From a virus, in the IMG/VR virus record IMGVR_UViG_3300037483_000076, positions 1-64,000 of that record: DNA of 64,000 nt, one strand, 5' to 3'. The notes below the pieces were generated by a model. It saw nothing but the letters and a program-made list of their open reading frames with translations. It did no database searches and was not told where the DNA came from. A program made the position numbers and the translations under genes. Numbering within the stretch: the first letter of the stretch is position 1; each line of letters starts with the position of its first letter. Shown here one piece after another: positions 8,892 through 18,355 of the stretch.

Positions 8892-11119
8892 CACCAGTAG
8901 ACTATATAAATCAATTACTTAGGAGTATAGATTTTACAGAAGAAGAAATTGTAGATTTCTCTGACATTATATATGATTCCGTACAGAAGATAAAGGATGT
9001 GGAATCTCAAATGGCTAATAGAGTTAATTCAAAGTATACAGATGCCTTAGCTTTAATATACAGTGTTTTTGATGGGGATCTAGATAATTTAATAAGAAAT
9101 TGGAGATATGGATTAAATGAAACAATCTATAATTATCCAATTGCTCCAACATCATTAAATCATATACTTAGTTTATCTGGGACAGAATTAGTTGCTACTA
9201 TAGATGCTCTTGATATACTACACAAAGCATCTACTAAGAATTTAGGGATATCAATTTATAAAACAGATATTGCTGGAAGAACAAATAGTTCATCTATATT
9301 CAACACATCTACTGGATTATATCAATATTCAGGACCTTGTGAACGATTGACTAAAGGATTAAATATTACAAATAGTAGAACATATTGGATGAATGAAGTA
9401 GGAAATGTTACTACTCGTTTAGATTATGCCCATCAAATATGCGAGAAGTTTAATATAGATCCTGCTACATATGTTATATGTTTAGATAAACCACAGCCAC
9501 AGGACACAGAAGGTGATTCTGCCCTACCTACTTCATTATATGAAGAAGCTGTTACATATAACTTAGCACAAGGATATGGATTTAAAATGTGGGAAATAGG
9601 TAATGAACCATTCTACTGTTGGGGAGTATACTCAACAGAGTCGGTATATGCTGCATATGTTATTGCTGTATCAGCAGCTATCAAAGCAATTGATCCTTCA
9701 GCTCTAATTGGTATATCTCCTATGAGAAAAGGAACTAATTGGGGGAACACTTGTTTAACTCTAGCAGCAGGATCGTACGATTTTGTTTCACCACATTGGT
9801 ATGCGTGGGCTAATTTAGATAATGTAACAAGTGATGCTGCTGTTCTAAGTGAAAACTATAGAACCATAGATTATCAATGTTATTTAAATAATACAATTAA
9901 AACACTAAATCCTACAAAAGAAGTATATCAATTTGATACAGAATGGAGAATATTTGCAGAAACCGCAACTACTACTGGAGAGAATGATATACATTGCGGT
10001 AATATACTTGGAGCAATGCATCTTGCTGTAAGGATGATATATACAGTAAGAGACGGATATTTAAGAGGATCTTCATCTTGGTCATTAAATGGAGGAAGTC
10101 CTGGATCTACAGTAGTTGCAGGAACTTATGTTCAAGATAGTGTTACATATGCAGCAGATGGTAGAACTTCAGTAGTATATTGGACTAAGTATTACTTTGC
10201 AAGATATATATTTGACAATGTAGTTAACTTTACAGGTACGTGTCCTTCTCATACAGGAACTGTACAAAGATATGTAGATGAAGGATCTGGTCCACTTACT
10301 GTGGAAGTAACAGGTCCTAGAACTCCTATGTTATGTACAATGAATTCAGCAAAGACAAAGTTAGGAATAATTGTTGTTAATGGTACATCAACTGCTACAG
10401 ATTTTAATCTTACATTATCAGGATTTGTACCTATAAATATAGAGGCTAAGAGTATAACTCAAGCTACTATAGATGATTTTCAACTTATTTCAGATCAACC
10501 AGAGATAGTATCTCCTTTAACTATAACATATGAATCAGATAGCTTAACAGGAACTCTTGCTGCTAATTCTATTAACTTTATTGAACTATCTAGAACAGAT
10601 ATCCCAGTTTTAGTTGACGAAACATATCAGATTAATTTTGGTTCGGCAGATTATGCTAATGGTTGGAACTCTATAATACAGATGACTGCTGGATGGAGAT
10701 TAGATATGTTAGAATCTACACAAGGTAATATAAATGTCGTAGGTGTTAAATTAGTTGATGCTTGGTTAGTTGGAAACAATGCTGGCATGACTGGGGGTAT
10801 TTATCCAGATCCGGTAAGTTTAAATTCATTCTACACCGCTGATGACATTGTACGTGAAATTCTAGTATATAATTTAAATCCAGATAGACTATATTCATTT
10901 ACATTCTTTGGTTCCAGAAATACAACTGGTACTAGAGTTTGTCAGTACACTATAGGAACTACTGTAGTAGAATTAGAAGCAATTCAAAATGCTAATAATA
11001 CTGTAACAATTTCTAATGTTACTCCAAATGCTAGTGGAGAGGTATCTATATTTGTTAATAGAAAACCAGGAAGTTCATATGGGTATTTAAATGCAATGGT
11101 TATTGAAACTTTAGTATAA
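8888..11119 (+). CDS. Clan GH-A glycoside hydrolase (GH51/GH39/GH79-like) with C-terminal beta-sandwich domains; candidate depolymerase
   Basis: WEIGNEP acid/base motif, AIKAIDPS, DFVSPHWY, DTEW nucleophile-like motif. Confidence 0.7.
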   Translation: MTPVDYINQLLRSIDFTEEEIVDFSDIIYDSVQKIKDVESQMANRVNSKYTDALALIYSVFDGDLDNLIRNWRYGLNETIYNYPIAPTSLNHILSLSGTELVATIDALDILHKASTKNLGISIYKTDIAGRTNSSSIFNTSTGLYQYSGPCERLTKGLNITNSRTYWMNEVGNVTTRLDYAHQICEKFNIDPATYVICLDKPQPQDTEGDSALPTSLYEEAVTYNLAQGYGFKMWEIGNEPFYCWGVYSTESVYAAYVIAVSAAIKAIDPSALIGISPMRKGTNWGNTCLTLAAGSYDFVSPHWYAWANLDNVTSDAAVLSENYRTIDYQCYLNNTIKTLNPTKEVYQFDTEWRIFAETATTTGENDIHCGNILGAMHLAVRMIYTVRDGYLRGSSSWSLNGGSPGSTVVAGTYVQDSVTYAADGRTSVVYWTKYYFARYIFDNVVNFTGTCPSHTGTVQRYVDEGSGPLTVEVTGPRTPMLCTMNSAKTKLGIIVVNGTSTATDFNLTLSGFVPINIEAKSITQATIDDFQLISDQPEIVSPLTITYESDSLTGTLAANSINFIELSRTDIPVLVDETYQINFGSADYANGWNSIIQMTAGWRLDMLESTQGNINVVGVKLVDAWLVGNNAGMTGGIYPDPVSLNSFYTADDIVREILVYNLNPDRLYSFTFFGSRNTTGTRVCQYTIGTTVVELEAIQNANNTVTISNVTPNASGEVSIFVNRKPGSSYGYLNAMVIETLV

Positions 11120-11124
11120 TTATT

Positions 11125-11376
11125 ATGACATTAAATTTAGACAATATAAATAGACCTTCTCACCCTAAGTGGAAGAAGATAGCTGATATAGCATTATATA
11201 TGCTTATGGCAGAATTACCACTTGTAGCTATGTTACCAACAAGTGATACAGTTAAATTATGGATAACATTAGGATTAACTCAAACTACAGTTATTATTAA
11301 AGCAATTAGTAAATTTACATTAGATCCTGATTATGTGGACAATACTCTTATCGAAGATTCAACAGATAATAAATAG
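11125..11376 (+). CDS. Putative holin
   Basis: 83 aa, two hydrophobic segments, PKWKKIAD N-terminus. Confidence 0.6.
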   Translation: MTLNLDNINRPSHPKWKKIADIALYMLMAELPLVAMLPTSDTVKLWITLGLTQTTVIIKAISKFTLDPDYVDNTLIEDSTDNK

Positions 11377-11923
11377 TAAATTATTCTTATATTTAATTAT
11401 AGGAGGACTTGTATATTTCTGGATTGTAGATAGAAAACAATTAAGAGATAATATAAGTAGATTGGAAACTAATCAGATTGCTCTCACTACTAATAGTTCT
11501 ATTCAGCAACAGGTATATCTTGGAGAGTTTAAAAAATTACATTCTAAGGAAGATAGTATAGCTAAGTTAGTTGGATTGAAACCTAAAGACATAACTAACG
11601 TAGTAGTTAATAATTATCATTATAAAGATACTACTATTGTAGAAGTACCTCTAATTCCTAAGGATTCAACTTCTAAAGATACCTTAACTTTTGTATCTCC
11701 AATTAAATGTGGGTATGTATCGGGAGAAGTATATCTTAAGAATATGACTATTAAGATAAAGGAAGTAGATACTAAAGATACTTTACATACATTTCTGTAT
11801 GAGAACTACAATAGATTCTTAGGATTCTTATGGAAACGTAATAAAAGATATGAGGCAGTAACTTATAGTGAATGTATGAATAAAGTTATCAATACAGAAG
11901 AAAACATTAAAATAATTAAATAA
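11333..11923 (+). CDS. Putative spanin (Rz-like)
   Basis: N-terminal TM, coiled coil, RFLGFLW near C-terminus; follows holin. Confidence 0.55.
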   Translation: MWTILLSKIQQIINSKLFLYLIIGGLVYFWIVDRKQLRDNISRLETNQIALTTNSSIQQQVYLGEFKKLHSKEDSIAKLVGLKPKDITNVVVNNYHYKDTTIVEVPLIPKDSTSKDTLTFVSPIKCGYVSGEVYLKNMTIKIKEVDTKDTLHTFLYENYNRFLGFLWKRNKRYEAVTYSECMNKVINTEENIKIIK

Positions 11924-12612
11924 TGGAATTTCAATCGTTACCATTAATTATAAGAGATCTAGTTCGAATTATCAGGGGAAGTGTAGAGACTCAATCTGAA
12001 ACTATATCTGATAGACAAGTAGAATATTGGATACATCAGTATAGAGCATTATTACTTAAACAAGATATAGATAAGAATAAAGTTCCTAATCCTGACTATA
12101 TACAAGAGATAAAAGGATTACATTTATCTCCAGTAGATGTTACTGAGATACCTAGTAAACCAATAAATAAGTATGTACTTAAGACAGATTTGCAATTACC
12201 TAAAACAATAGATTGTAACTTTAAATCAGGATTTACTTATATAGGTACATCTAATGGTAGAGAGATACAATTTGTCCCACAAGGAAGATCGTTCTGGCAG
12301 AAATATAAATTCTATACACAGAGTGACCCAATTGTATACTTAAAGAATAGGTACTTATATGTAGAAAATGGAGACATATTAGAGTACTTAGATATAAGAG
12401 GTATATTTGAAATACCTACAGAAGTATCTCAATTTATAAATCCTACTATAGGAACACCTAGTTATGATGTAACAACAGATAAGTATCCTATCCCAACTAA
12501 TATGTTACCAGTACTTAAACAAATGATACTTAAACAAGAGTTACAGATTATGACAAATCAAGTATCTGATATATCAAATGATAGTGCTAATAATACGTTA
12601 AAGAATGGGTGA
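11923..12612 (+). CDS. crAss-like tail ring/neck protein
   Basis: ISDRQVEYWIHQYRALL, IRGIFE.P, DKYPIP motifs; position before HU/IHF gene. Confidence 0.65.
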   Translation: MEFQSLPLIIRDLVRIIRGSVETQSETISDRQVEYWIHQYRALLLKQDIDKNKVPNPDYIQEIKGLHLSPVDVTEIPSKPINKYVLKTDLQLPKTIDCNFKSGFTYIGTSNGREIQFVPQGRSFWQKYKFYTQSDPIVYLKNRYLYVENGDILEYLDIRGIFEIPTEVSQFINPTIGTPSYDVTTDKYPIPTNMLPVLKQMILKQELQIMTNQVSDISNDSANNTLKNG

Positions 12613-13081
12613 AGAAGTTAAACAGAAGAGACATAATAAGATTCCTAATCCATATAATAAGAAACATTTGTATGATCACTACTTAACTACTATAGATACT
12701 ACATCTATGTATTATGTAGATTCAGAGACATATTATAAGATAATAAATCAATATTATCAAGCAGTAATGGATCAGATGATACATGAATCTAAGACTATAA
12801 AACTTCCTTTTAGATTAGGACATATCTATATAGAAAAGAAGAAACCTAAGATTATAACACATAGAAATGTTGGGATTGATTGGATTGAATCTAAGAAGTT
12901 AGGAAAATGGGTACTGTTTTCAAATGATCATAGTAGAGGATTTAAATTCCAGTTCCATTGGAGTAAGATGTTTTGTAGAGTAGTTAATAGAGAATATTAT
13001 AGATTTGTTGCTAGTAGAAATAACAAAAGGACTTTAGCAAAAGTAATTAAAGGTGGTAATGTAGATTATTTAGAAAGATAA
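12605..13081 (+). CDS. HU/IHF-like DNA-binding protein of crAss-like phages
   Basis: IKLPFRLGHIYI, IDW..SKK, YRF..SR.NKR.LAK; synteny with tail tubular gene. Confidence 0.7.
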   Translation: MGEEVKQKRHNKIPNPYNKKHLYDHYLTTIDTTSMYYVDSETYYKIINQYYQAVMDQMIHESKTIKLPFRLGHIYIEKKKPKIITHRNVGIDWIESKKLGKWVLFSNDHSRGFKFQFHWSKMFCRVVNREYYRFVASRNNKRTLAKVIKGGNVDYLER

Positions 13082-13759
13082 ATGAGACAAGAAAAAGTTT
13101 GTGGAATATATAGAATACTTAATAAACTAAATAATAAGTTCTATATAGGAAGCTCTATAGACATATATAAAAGATGGTATACCCATAAAAATGACTTGAC
13201 TAAAAATAAACATCATGCTAAAAAATTACAAAGAGCTTGGAATAAATATGGGGAAAGTCATTTTAGTTTTGAGATATTAGAAACATGCGAACCTATTAAA
13301 GATACCTTAATTTTACTAGAACAAAAATACTTAGATTTAAATCCTTGTTATAATAGTTCTAAAGTTGCCATAAACCTAATTGGATACAAACACTCAGATG
13401 ATGTGAATAAATGGAACTCTGAACGACAAATTGGAGATAAGAGTCATAGATGGGATATGGTTTTATCTAAAGAACTAAGAGATAAAATTAAAAAGTCAAA
13501 CGAGGAGTATCATTTAAATAAGTCAGGAAAATTAAAGATTCGTAGAAATTACAAATTACACAATTGTGTTTCTAAGATTGCTAAACCAGTAGTTATGATT
13601 GATGTATTAACAAATGAGATACTGAAGGAATTCCCTAGTATAATGGATGCAGCAAGATTTATCGAAGATGGACATTGTAGAAATAATATAAGAAGGGCTT
13701 TACGTAAACAATGTAAGACCGCTTATGGATATAAATGGAGGTTTAAAAATGATTTATAA
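13082..13759 (+). CDS. Free-standing GIY-YIG homing endonuclease with NUMOD-type DNA-binding domains
   Basis: CGIYRI...FYIGSS...KRW..H, LEQKYLD, C-terminal EFPSIMDAARF...AYGYKW (NUMOD1-like). Confidence 0.9.
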   Translation: MRQEKVCGIYRILNKLNNKFYIGSSIDIYKRWYTHKNDLTKNKHHAKKLQRAWNKYGESHFSFEILETCEPIKDTLILLEQKYLDLNPCYNSSKVAINLIGYKHSDDVNKWNSERQIGDKSHRWDMVLSKELRDKIKKSNEEYHLNKSGKLKIRRNYKLHNCVSKIAKPVVMIDVLTNEILKEFPSIMDAARFIEDGHCRNNIRRALRKQCKTAYGYKWRFKNDL

Positions 13760-14540
13760 TTTAGTATCTATTAAGAAAGTAATTGCAAAGGTAGCAACTG
13801 ATCTAAATTGGAACGAGGAAACACATAGGATAAGTGACTGCATAGAGTGGGCAGGAGAGGCGTTAAAGAAGGTGGGAGCCTACCCACAATTTGTAACAAA
13901 AGTTACAGGTAAGGACGAGGTTCCTTTATTAGTTATAGAGGATTATCAAGCTAAACTTCCTACAGATCTATATAGTATTAATCAAGTAGCTTATAGTTCT
14001 AGTATAACTGCTCCATATTATCCAATGAGAGCAGCAATGGGTAGCTATTCATCTAATCATGGAACTACATTACAATACGGTACAGTAAATGATGTACCTA
14101 GTAATACAACTAGTTCTGAAAATATAACTACATTTAGTGGAGATCGTCAGTATAGTATAGTTGGTGGATATATAAAAACTAATATCAAAGAAGGTTATTT
14201 ATTACTATCATATCAAGCTATCCCAGTTGATGACGATAACTATCCAATGGTTCCAGATGATGAGAGTTTCTTTGAGGCACTCTATTGGTATATCAATATG
14301 AAGTTAATGTATCCAAAGTGGGTAGCAGGACAGATTAGAGATGCAGTATATTATGATGCTAAATCTTCATGGAATTACTATCGTAAACAGGCTTATGGAA
14401 ATGCTATGATGCCTAATTCAGATGAATTAGAGACAATTAAGAATGTATGGATTAGACTTATTCCAGAAATTAATGCTAGTAAATCTTTCTATTCTAATAT
14501 AGGTGACCAAGAGTTTGTATACAATAAAAATACTCGATAA
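13749..14540 (+). CDS. Tail tubular (ring) protein
   Basis: IEWAGEAL, AKLPTDL, LSYQAIPVDDDNYPMVPD, EALYWYI; probable start ATG 13749 (track starts 13725). Confidence 0.75.
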   Translation: MIYNLVSIKKVIAKVATDLNWNEETHRISDCIEWAGEALKKVGAYPQFVTKVTGKDEVPLLVIEDYQAKLPTDLYSINQVAYSSSITAPYYPMRAAMGSYSSNHGTTLQYGTVNDVPSNTTSSENITTFSGDRQYSIVGGYIKTNIKEGYLLLSYQAIPVDDDNYPMVPDDESFFEALYWYINMKLMYPKWVAGQIRDAVYYDAKSSWNYYRKQAYGNAMMPNSDELETIKNVWIRLIPEINASKSFYSNIGDQEFVYNKNTR

Positions 14541-17500
14541 TGGCTAATGTAAATAAACAGTCTGCAATAAATACTTTTACTAAAGGTATGAATAAGGATT
14601 TAGATTTATCTGTTCTACCTAAAGAAGCTTATTTACATGCTCAAAACTTTCGACTTGTTACAAACGAAGGATCTACTACTACAGCGTTAGAAAACATAGA
14701 AGGTAATAGTTTACTATCTAGTGCATTACCTAGTGGGTATAGTGCTATAGGATCTGTATACGTAAGAGATGAAATTATTATATTTGCTACAAATAACACA
14801 TATAGTAGAATATATCTAGCTACATTATCTTCAACTAATACATTTGTATTAACTTTATTGTTCGACGATTCTACTACATCAGACGGGAGTAGATTAGATT
14901 TTGATACATCTAATCTAATTAGAGCAATAGGAAGATTTGAAAGTCCTACTATAAAGAAAGTCTATTGGACTGATAACAACAATAGAATTAGATTCTTTAA
15001 TTATGCTGATACAAATGTTATAAACTTTGTAGCTAGTCAATTTGATAGTATACCTAGTTATATTGCTTCTCCCATAGAAATAGATTCATTAGGAGTTGGT
15101 TCATTGAAATCTGGATGTGTACAATATGCTTATCAACTATATAATTTAAATGGAGCAGCATCATTCTATTCTGCTACAACTAATTTAATACCTTTAAGTA
15201 ATAGTTCGCAAACTGGATCAGATGCGTTATTTACAGGAAGTGACGAAGGGATAAATAGTGGTAAATCTGTATTATTTCATATAGATAATCTTGATGATAC
15301 CTTTAATAGAATAAGGATAATTAGATTACAACATAATACATTAATAGATCTTCCAGAAATAACTATTATAGAGGAAACAGTTTTAGCAGGAACTACTATG
15401 AGTTTTATAGATAGTGGAACTCAAAATATTGCTAATATAGTTGTTGAAGACTTTAATTTCTCTAACTATGATTTTATATGTAAAGAATTAGAAACTAAGA
15501 ATAACATATTATTTGCGGCTAATATAACAGAGAGTATATGGGATACAAATTATGATGCTAGAGCATTTAGATATAATAGTTTTGGGTATTGCGATATACA
15601 TAATGAAGATGGAGTATCAGAACAAATAAGGTTTACCTACTCAGATTTATCTGGAAATCCCCCAAGATATTATTATAATGGGAGTGCTACTCCAACAATA
15701 GGAGTTCCACCAGAAACACATGATAATTTTAATACTACTAATATATCAAGTATCACTACTTCTCCGGTAGATTTTATATATAAAGGAGATCATATTACAA
15801 TAGGAGGACAAGGAAGAAACGTAGCATATGAATTTTCTACAGAAGATATATTTGGTTACGGAGACTTAGGCAGTGCAGTTAATGAAACAAATCACGTAGG
15901 TAATACTAATTCACTAACTATATCAGAAAAGGTATCTCACATGAGAGATGAGGTATATGCATATGCTGTTGTATTATATAATAGTAAAGGACAAAAAAGT
16001 TATACTAAATGGATAGGAGATGTAAGATTTCCAACCATATACAATAGTACTTTATATAGTTTAGGTAATTTAAATGTTACAAAGAATTTATATATAAACT
16101 TTACTTTTAATAACTTACCGAGTGATTGTGTAGCAATACAAATAGTACGTTGTGAAAGAACTGCAAAAGATAGAACTATACTTGCACAAGGATTAGTAAG
16201 CGCCACTAGAACTTCCCAAAATGGAGATTTCTATTGTCCAACTCTTCCAGTAACAACTATATACCAATATCAATTAGGGACTAGTTATTTTTCAAAAGTA
16301 ATAAATAAAAACCTAGTTACTTTTTTATCTCCTGAAATATCTTTTGGAAATAATATAGAATTTGCTTCTGGAGATAAATTAGAAGTAAGTCATTATACTA
16401 AACAAAGGGTGGAATTGTATAATACTAATAATTCTTCAACTTTTGTACAAAGTCCTATATATAATTATAATACTGATACAGGTGTTGTAGTAATTAATGC
16501 ACATGGAGCATTTGCAGGAACTCTAACTAAACAATCTATATCTATAGATGATTTTAAAATAGCCCCGTATTCAAATACTCCTCCTGGTAGTAGTGAGGAT
16601 ATAGTAGCTTCAATGCAAACTAATGTAAATGGATATGACTATGAAAACTACATAAGGCAAGCAAATGGAACTGCTCAATTACAAGGAGTACATGGTACTT
16701 GTGGAGTAATATACTTAAATACTCCATTTTCAATGGTTGGAGTAGACGCTTCACCAGGACTTTACTATCTAATGGCAAATTATAAAAGGTATATTAAACC
16801 TTATGGAGGAGCATCTTATGAAGCTAGAACTAGAAGAACCTATCTACCTGTAAGTAATATATTACCTAAATCGGGGTCTTCTGTAACTACAGTTATCACT
16901 AAAGGAGATACATATATCTCTTTCTTTGAATATCAAAGAGGGATGATAGCAGCATTAGAAGGAACAGGACAAGTTACAAAAGAAGAGTTATTTTGTCAAG
17001 TTATTAGATTTCCAGTAGAAACTTCTATTAACACTAGGTGGAGTTCTAATAAAACATTTACTCAAGTTTATAGTAGTACTGCTAATACTCCTATTAATAC
17101 TAATGCAATAACTATACAAGAAAAAGCTGGGGTATGGTCAGCATCTGCTGGAGGAATTGACAGTTACACACAAGAGAAAAACCTGTATAGTTACAATTCT
17201 GTATACTCTAAACAAAATAACATTACTAAATTCTATCCTAAACCTATAGACATAACTACTAATAGAAATTACGATTCTAGAGTTATAGCATCAGATGTAA
17301 AAATTAATGGAGAAGAAGAAGATAGTTGGACTAAGTTCAGGCTACTTAATTTTATAGATGTAGATAGTAAATATGGGAAGATTAATAGTTTAAAAACTAA
17401 TGATAACAACTTACTATTTTGGCAAGATAAAGGATTTGGTGTACTCTCAGTAAATACTAGATCTCTTATATCAGATAATAACACTTCTGCTTTAACATTA

Positions 17501-18355
17501 GGTACAGGAGGTATATTAGACAGGTATGATTATATATCTACTGAAGTAGGTAATATCAGTCAGTTTGGTATAATAACTGGTAAGACTGGAGTATTCTGGT
17601 TTGATAGTTACAATAAAACATTTTATAAGTATTCTCAAGGATTGGAATCTTTATCTAAAGTTAAGGGTATTCAATCTTATGTAAATACATTTGCAAATAA
17701 AGAAACCATATGTATAGGATTACATGATAGTAAATATACAGAGAATATATTTACACTGAATAATGGAACTACCAAAACTACTATTGCTTATAACGAAATA
17801 GTAGATGCATTTACTTCTTTCTATAGCTATACTCCAAGTATATATATAGGATTATTTGATGGTAGATATATAACTCAGAACAATGCTGAATCGTTCTACT
17901 TACATAATAGTGGGATAGTTAGTGAATTCTATGGAAATACAGATAGTTCATATATAACATTTGTATCAAATGATAATTATCAATATACTAAAATATTCGA
18001 TAGTTTTAATTATAAGACTAAAGTAACAAATGGGAGCATGGAATTGTTTGCTCAAACATTTAATACATTTAGTGTATATAATAGTAAACAAAATACTGGA
18101 CTTACTAGTTTAAATACTAGTAATACAATTAAACGGGAAGGGTCATTTAGTGTAGCTATTCCTAGAAATGCTGTTAATAGTAATATAGAAACAAATGTAG
18201 ATATTCTTAATCCAGTTAATTTAAATACATCTAGATTATTTAGAGAACGTATTAGAGATAAATATTCAATAATAACATTAACATATGATAACACAGATGG
18301 TTATAAACTAAGTGTTCCGTATGTAATAACTAATTACCGTATATCATATAGATAA
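14540..18355 (+). CDS. Tail stabilization (muzzle) protein
   Basis: 1271 aa; NTFTKGMNKD, VYWTDNNN, GCVQYAYQL, RDEVYAY, GDTYI, DSWTKF...DVDSKYGKI, LGTGGILDRYDY. Confidence 0.85.
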   Translation: MANVNKQSAINTFTKGMNKDLDLSVLPKEAYLHAQNFRLVTNEGSTTTALENIEGNSLLSSALPSGYSAIGSVYVRDEIIIFATNNTYSRIYLATLSSTNTFVLTLLFDDSTTSDGSRLDFDTSNLIRAIGRFESPTIKKVYWTDNNNRIRFFNYADTNVINFVASQFDSIPSYIASPIEIDSLGVGSLKSGCVQYAYQLYNLNGAASFYSATTNLIPLSNSSQTGSDALFTGSDEGINSGKSVLFHIDNLDDTFNRIRIIRLQHNTLIDLPEITIIEETVLAGTTMSFIDSGTQNIANIVVEDFNFSNYDFICKELETKNNILFAANITESIWDTNYDARAFRYNSFGYCDIHNEDGVSEQIRFTYSDLSGNPPRYYYNGSATPTIGVPPETHDNFNTTNISSITTSPVDFIYKGDHITIGGQGRNVAYEFSTEDIFGYGDLGSAVNETNHVGNTNSLTISEKVSHMRDEVYAYAVVLYNSKGQKSYTKWIGDVRFPTIYNSTLYSLGNLNVTKNLYINFTFNNLPSDCVAIQIVRCERTAKDRTILAQGLVSATRTSQNGDFYCPTLPVTTIYQYQLGTSYFSKVINKNLVTFLSPEISFGNNIEFASGDKLEVSHYTKQRVELYNTNNSSTFVQSPIYNYNTDTGVVVINAHGAFAGTLTKQSISIDDFKIAPYSNTPPGSSEDIVASMQTNVNGYDYENYIRQANGTAQLQGVHGTCGVIYLNTPFSMVGVDASPGLYYLMANYKRYIKPYGGASYEARTRRTYLPVSNILPKSGSSVTTVITKGDTYISFFEYQRGMIAALEGTGQVTKEELFCQVIRFPVETSINTRWSSNKTFTQVYSSTANTPINTNAITIQEKAGVWSASAGGIDSYTQEKNLYSYNSVYSKQNNITKFYPKPIDITTNRNYDSRVIASDVKINGEEEDSWTKFRLLNFIDVDSKYGKINSLKTNDNNLLFWQDKGFGVLSVNTRSLISDNNTSALTLGTGGILDRYDYISTEVGNISQFGIITGKTGVFWFDSYNKTFYKYSQGLESLSKVKGIQSYVNTFANKETICIGLHDSKYTENIFTLNNGTTKTTIAYNEIVDAFTSFYSYTPSIYIGLFDGRYITQNNAESFYLHNSGIVSEFYGNTDSSYITFVSNDNYQYTKIFDSFNYKTKVTNGSMELFAQTFNTFSVYNSKQNTGLTSLNTSNTIKREGSFSVAIPRNAVNSNIETNVDILNPVNLNTSRLFRERIRDKYSIITLTYDNTDGYKLSVPYVITNYRISYR

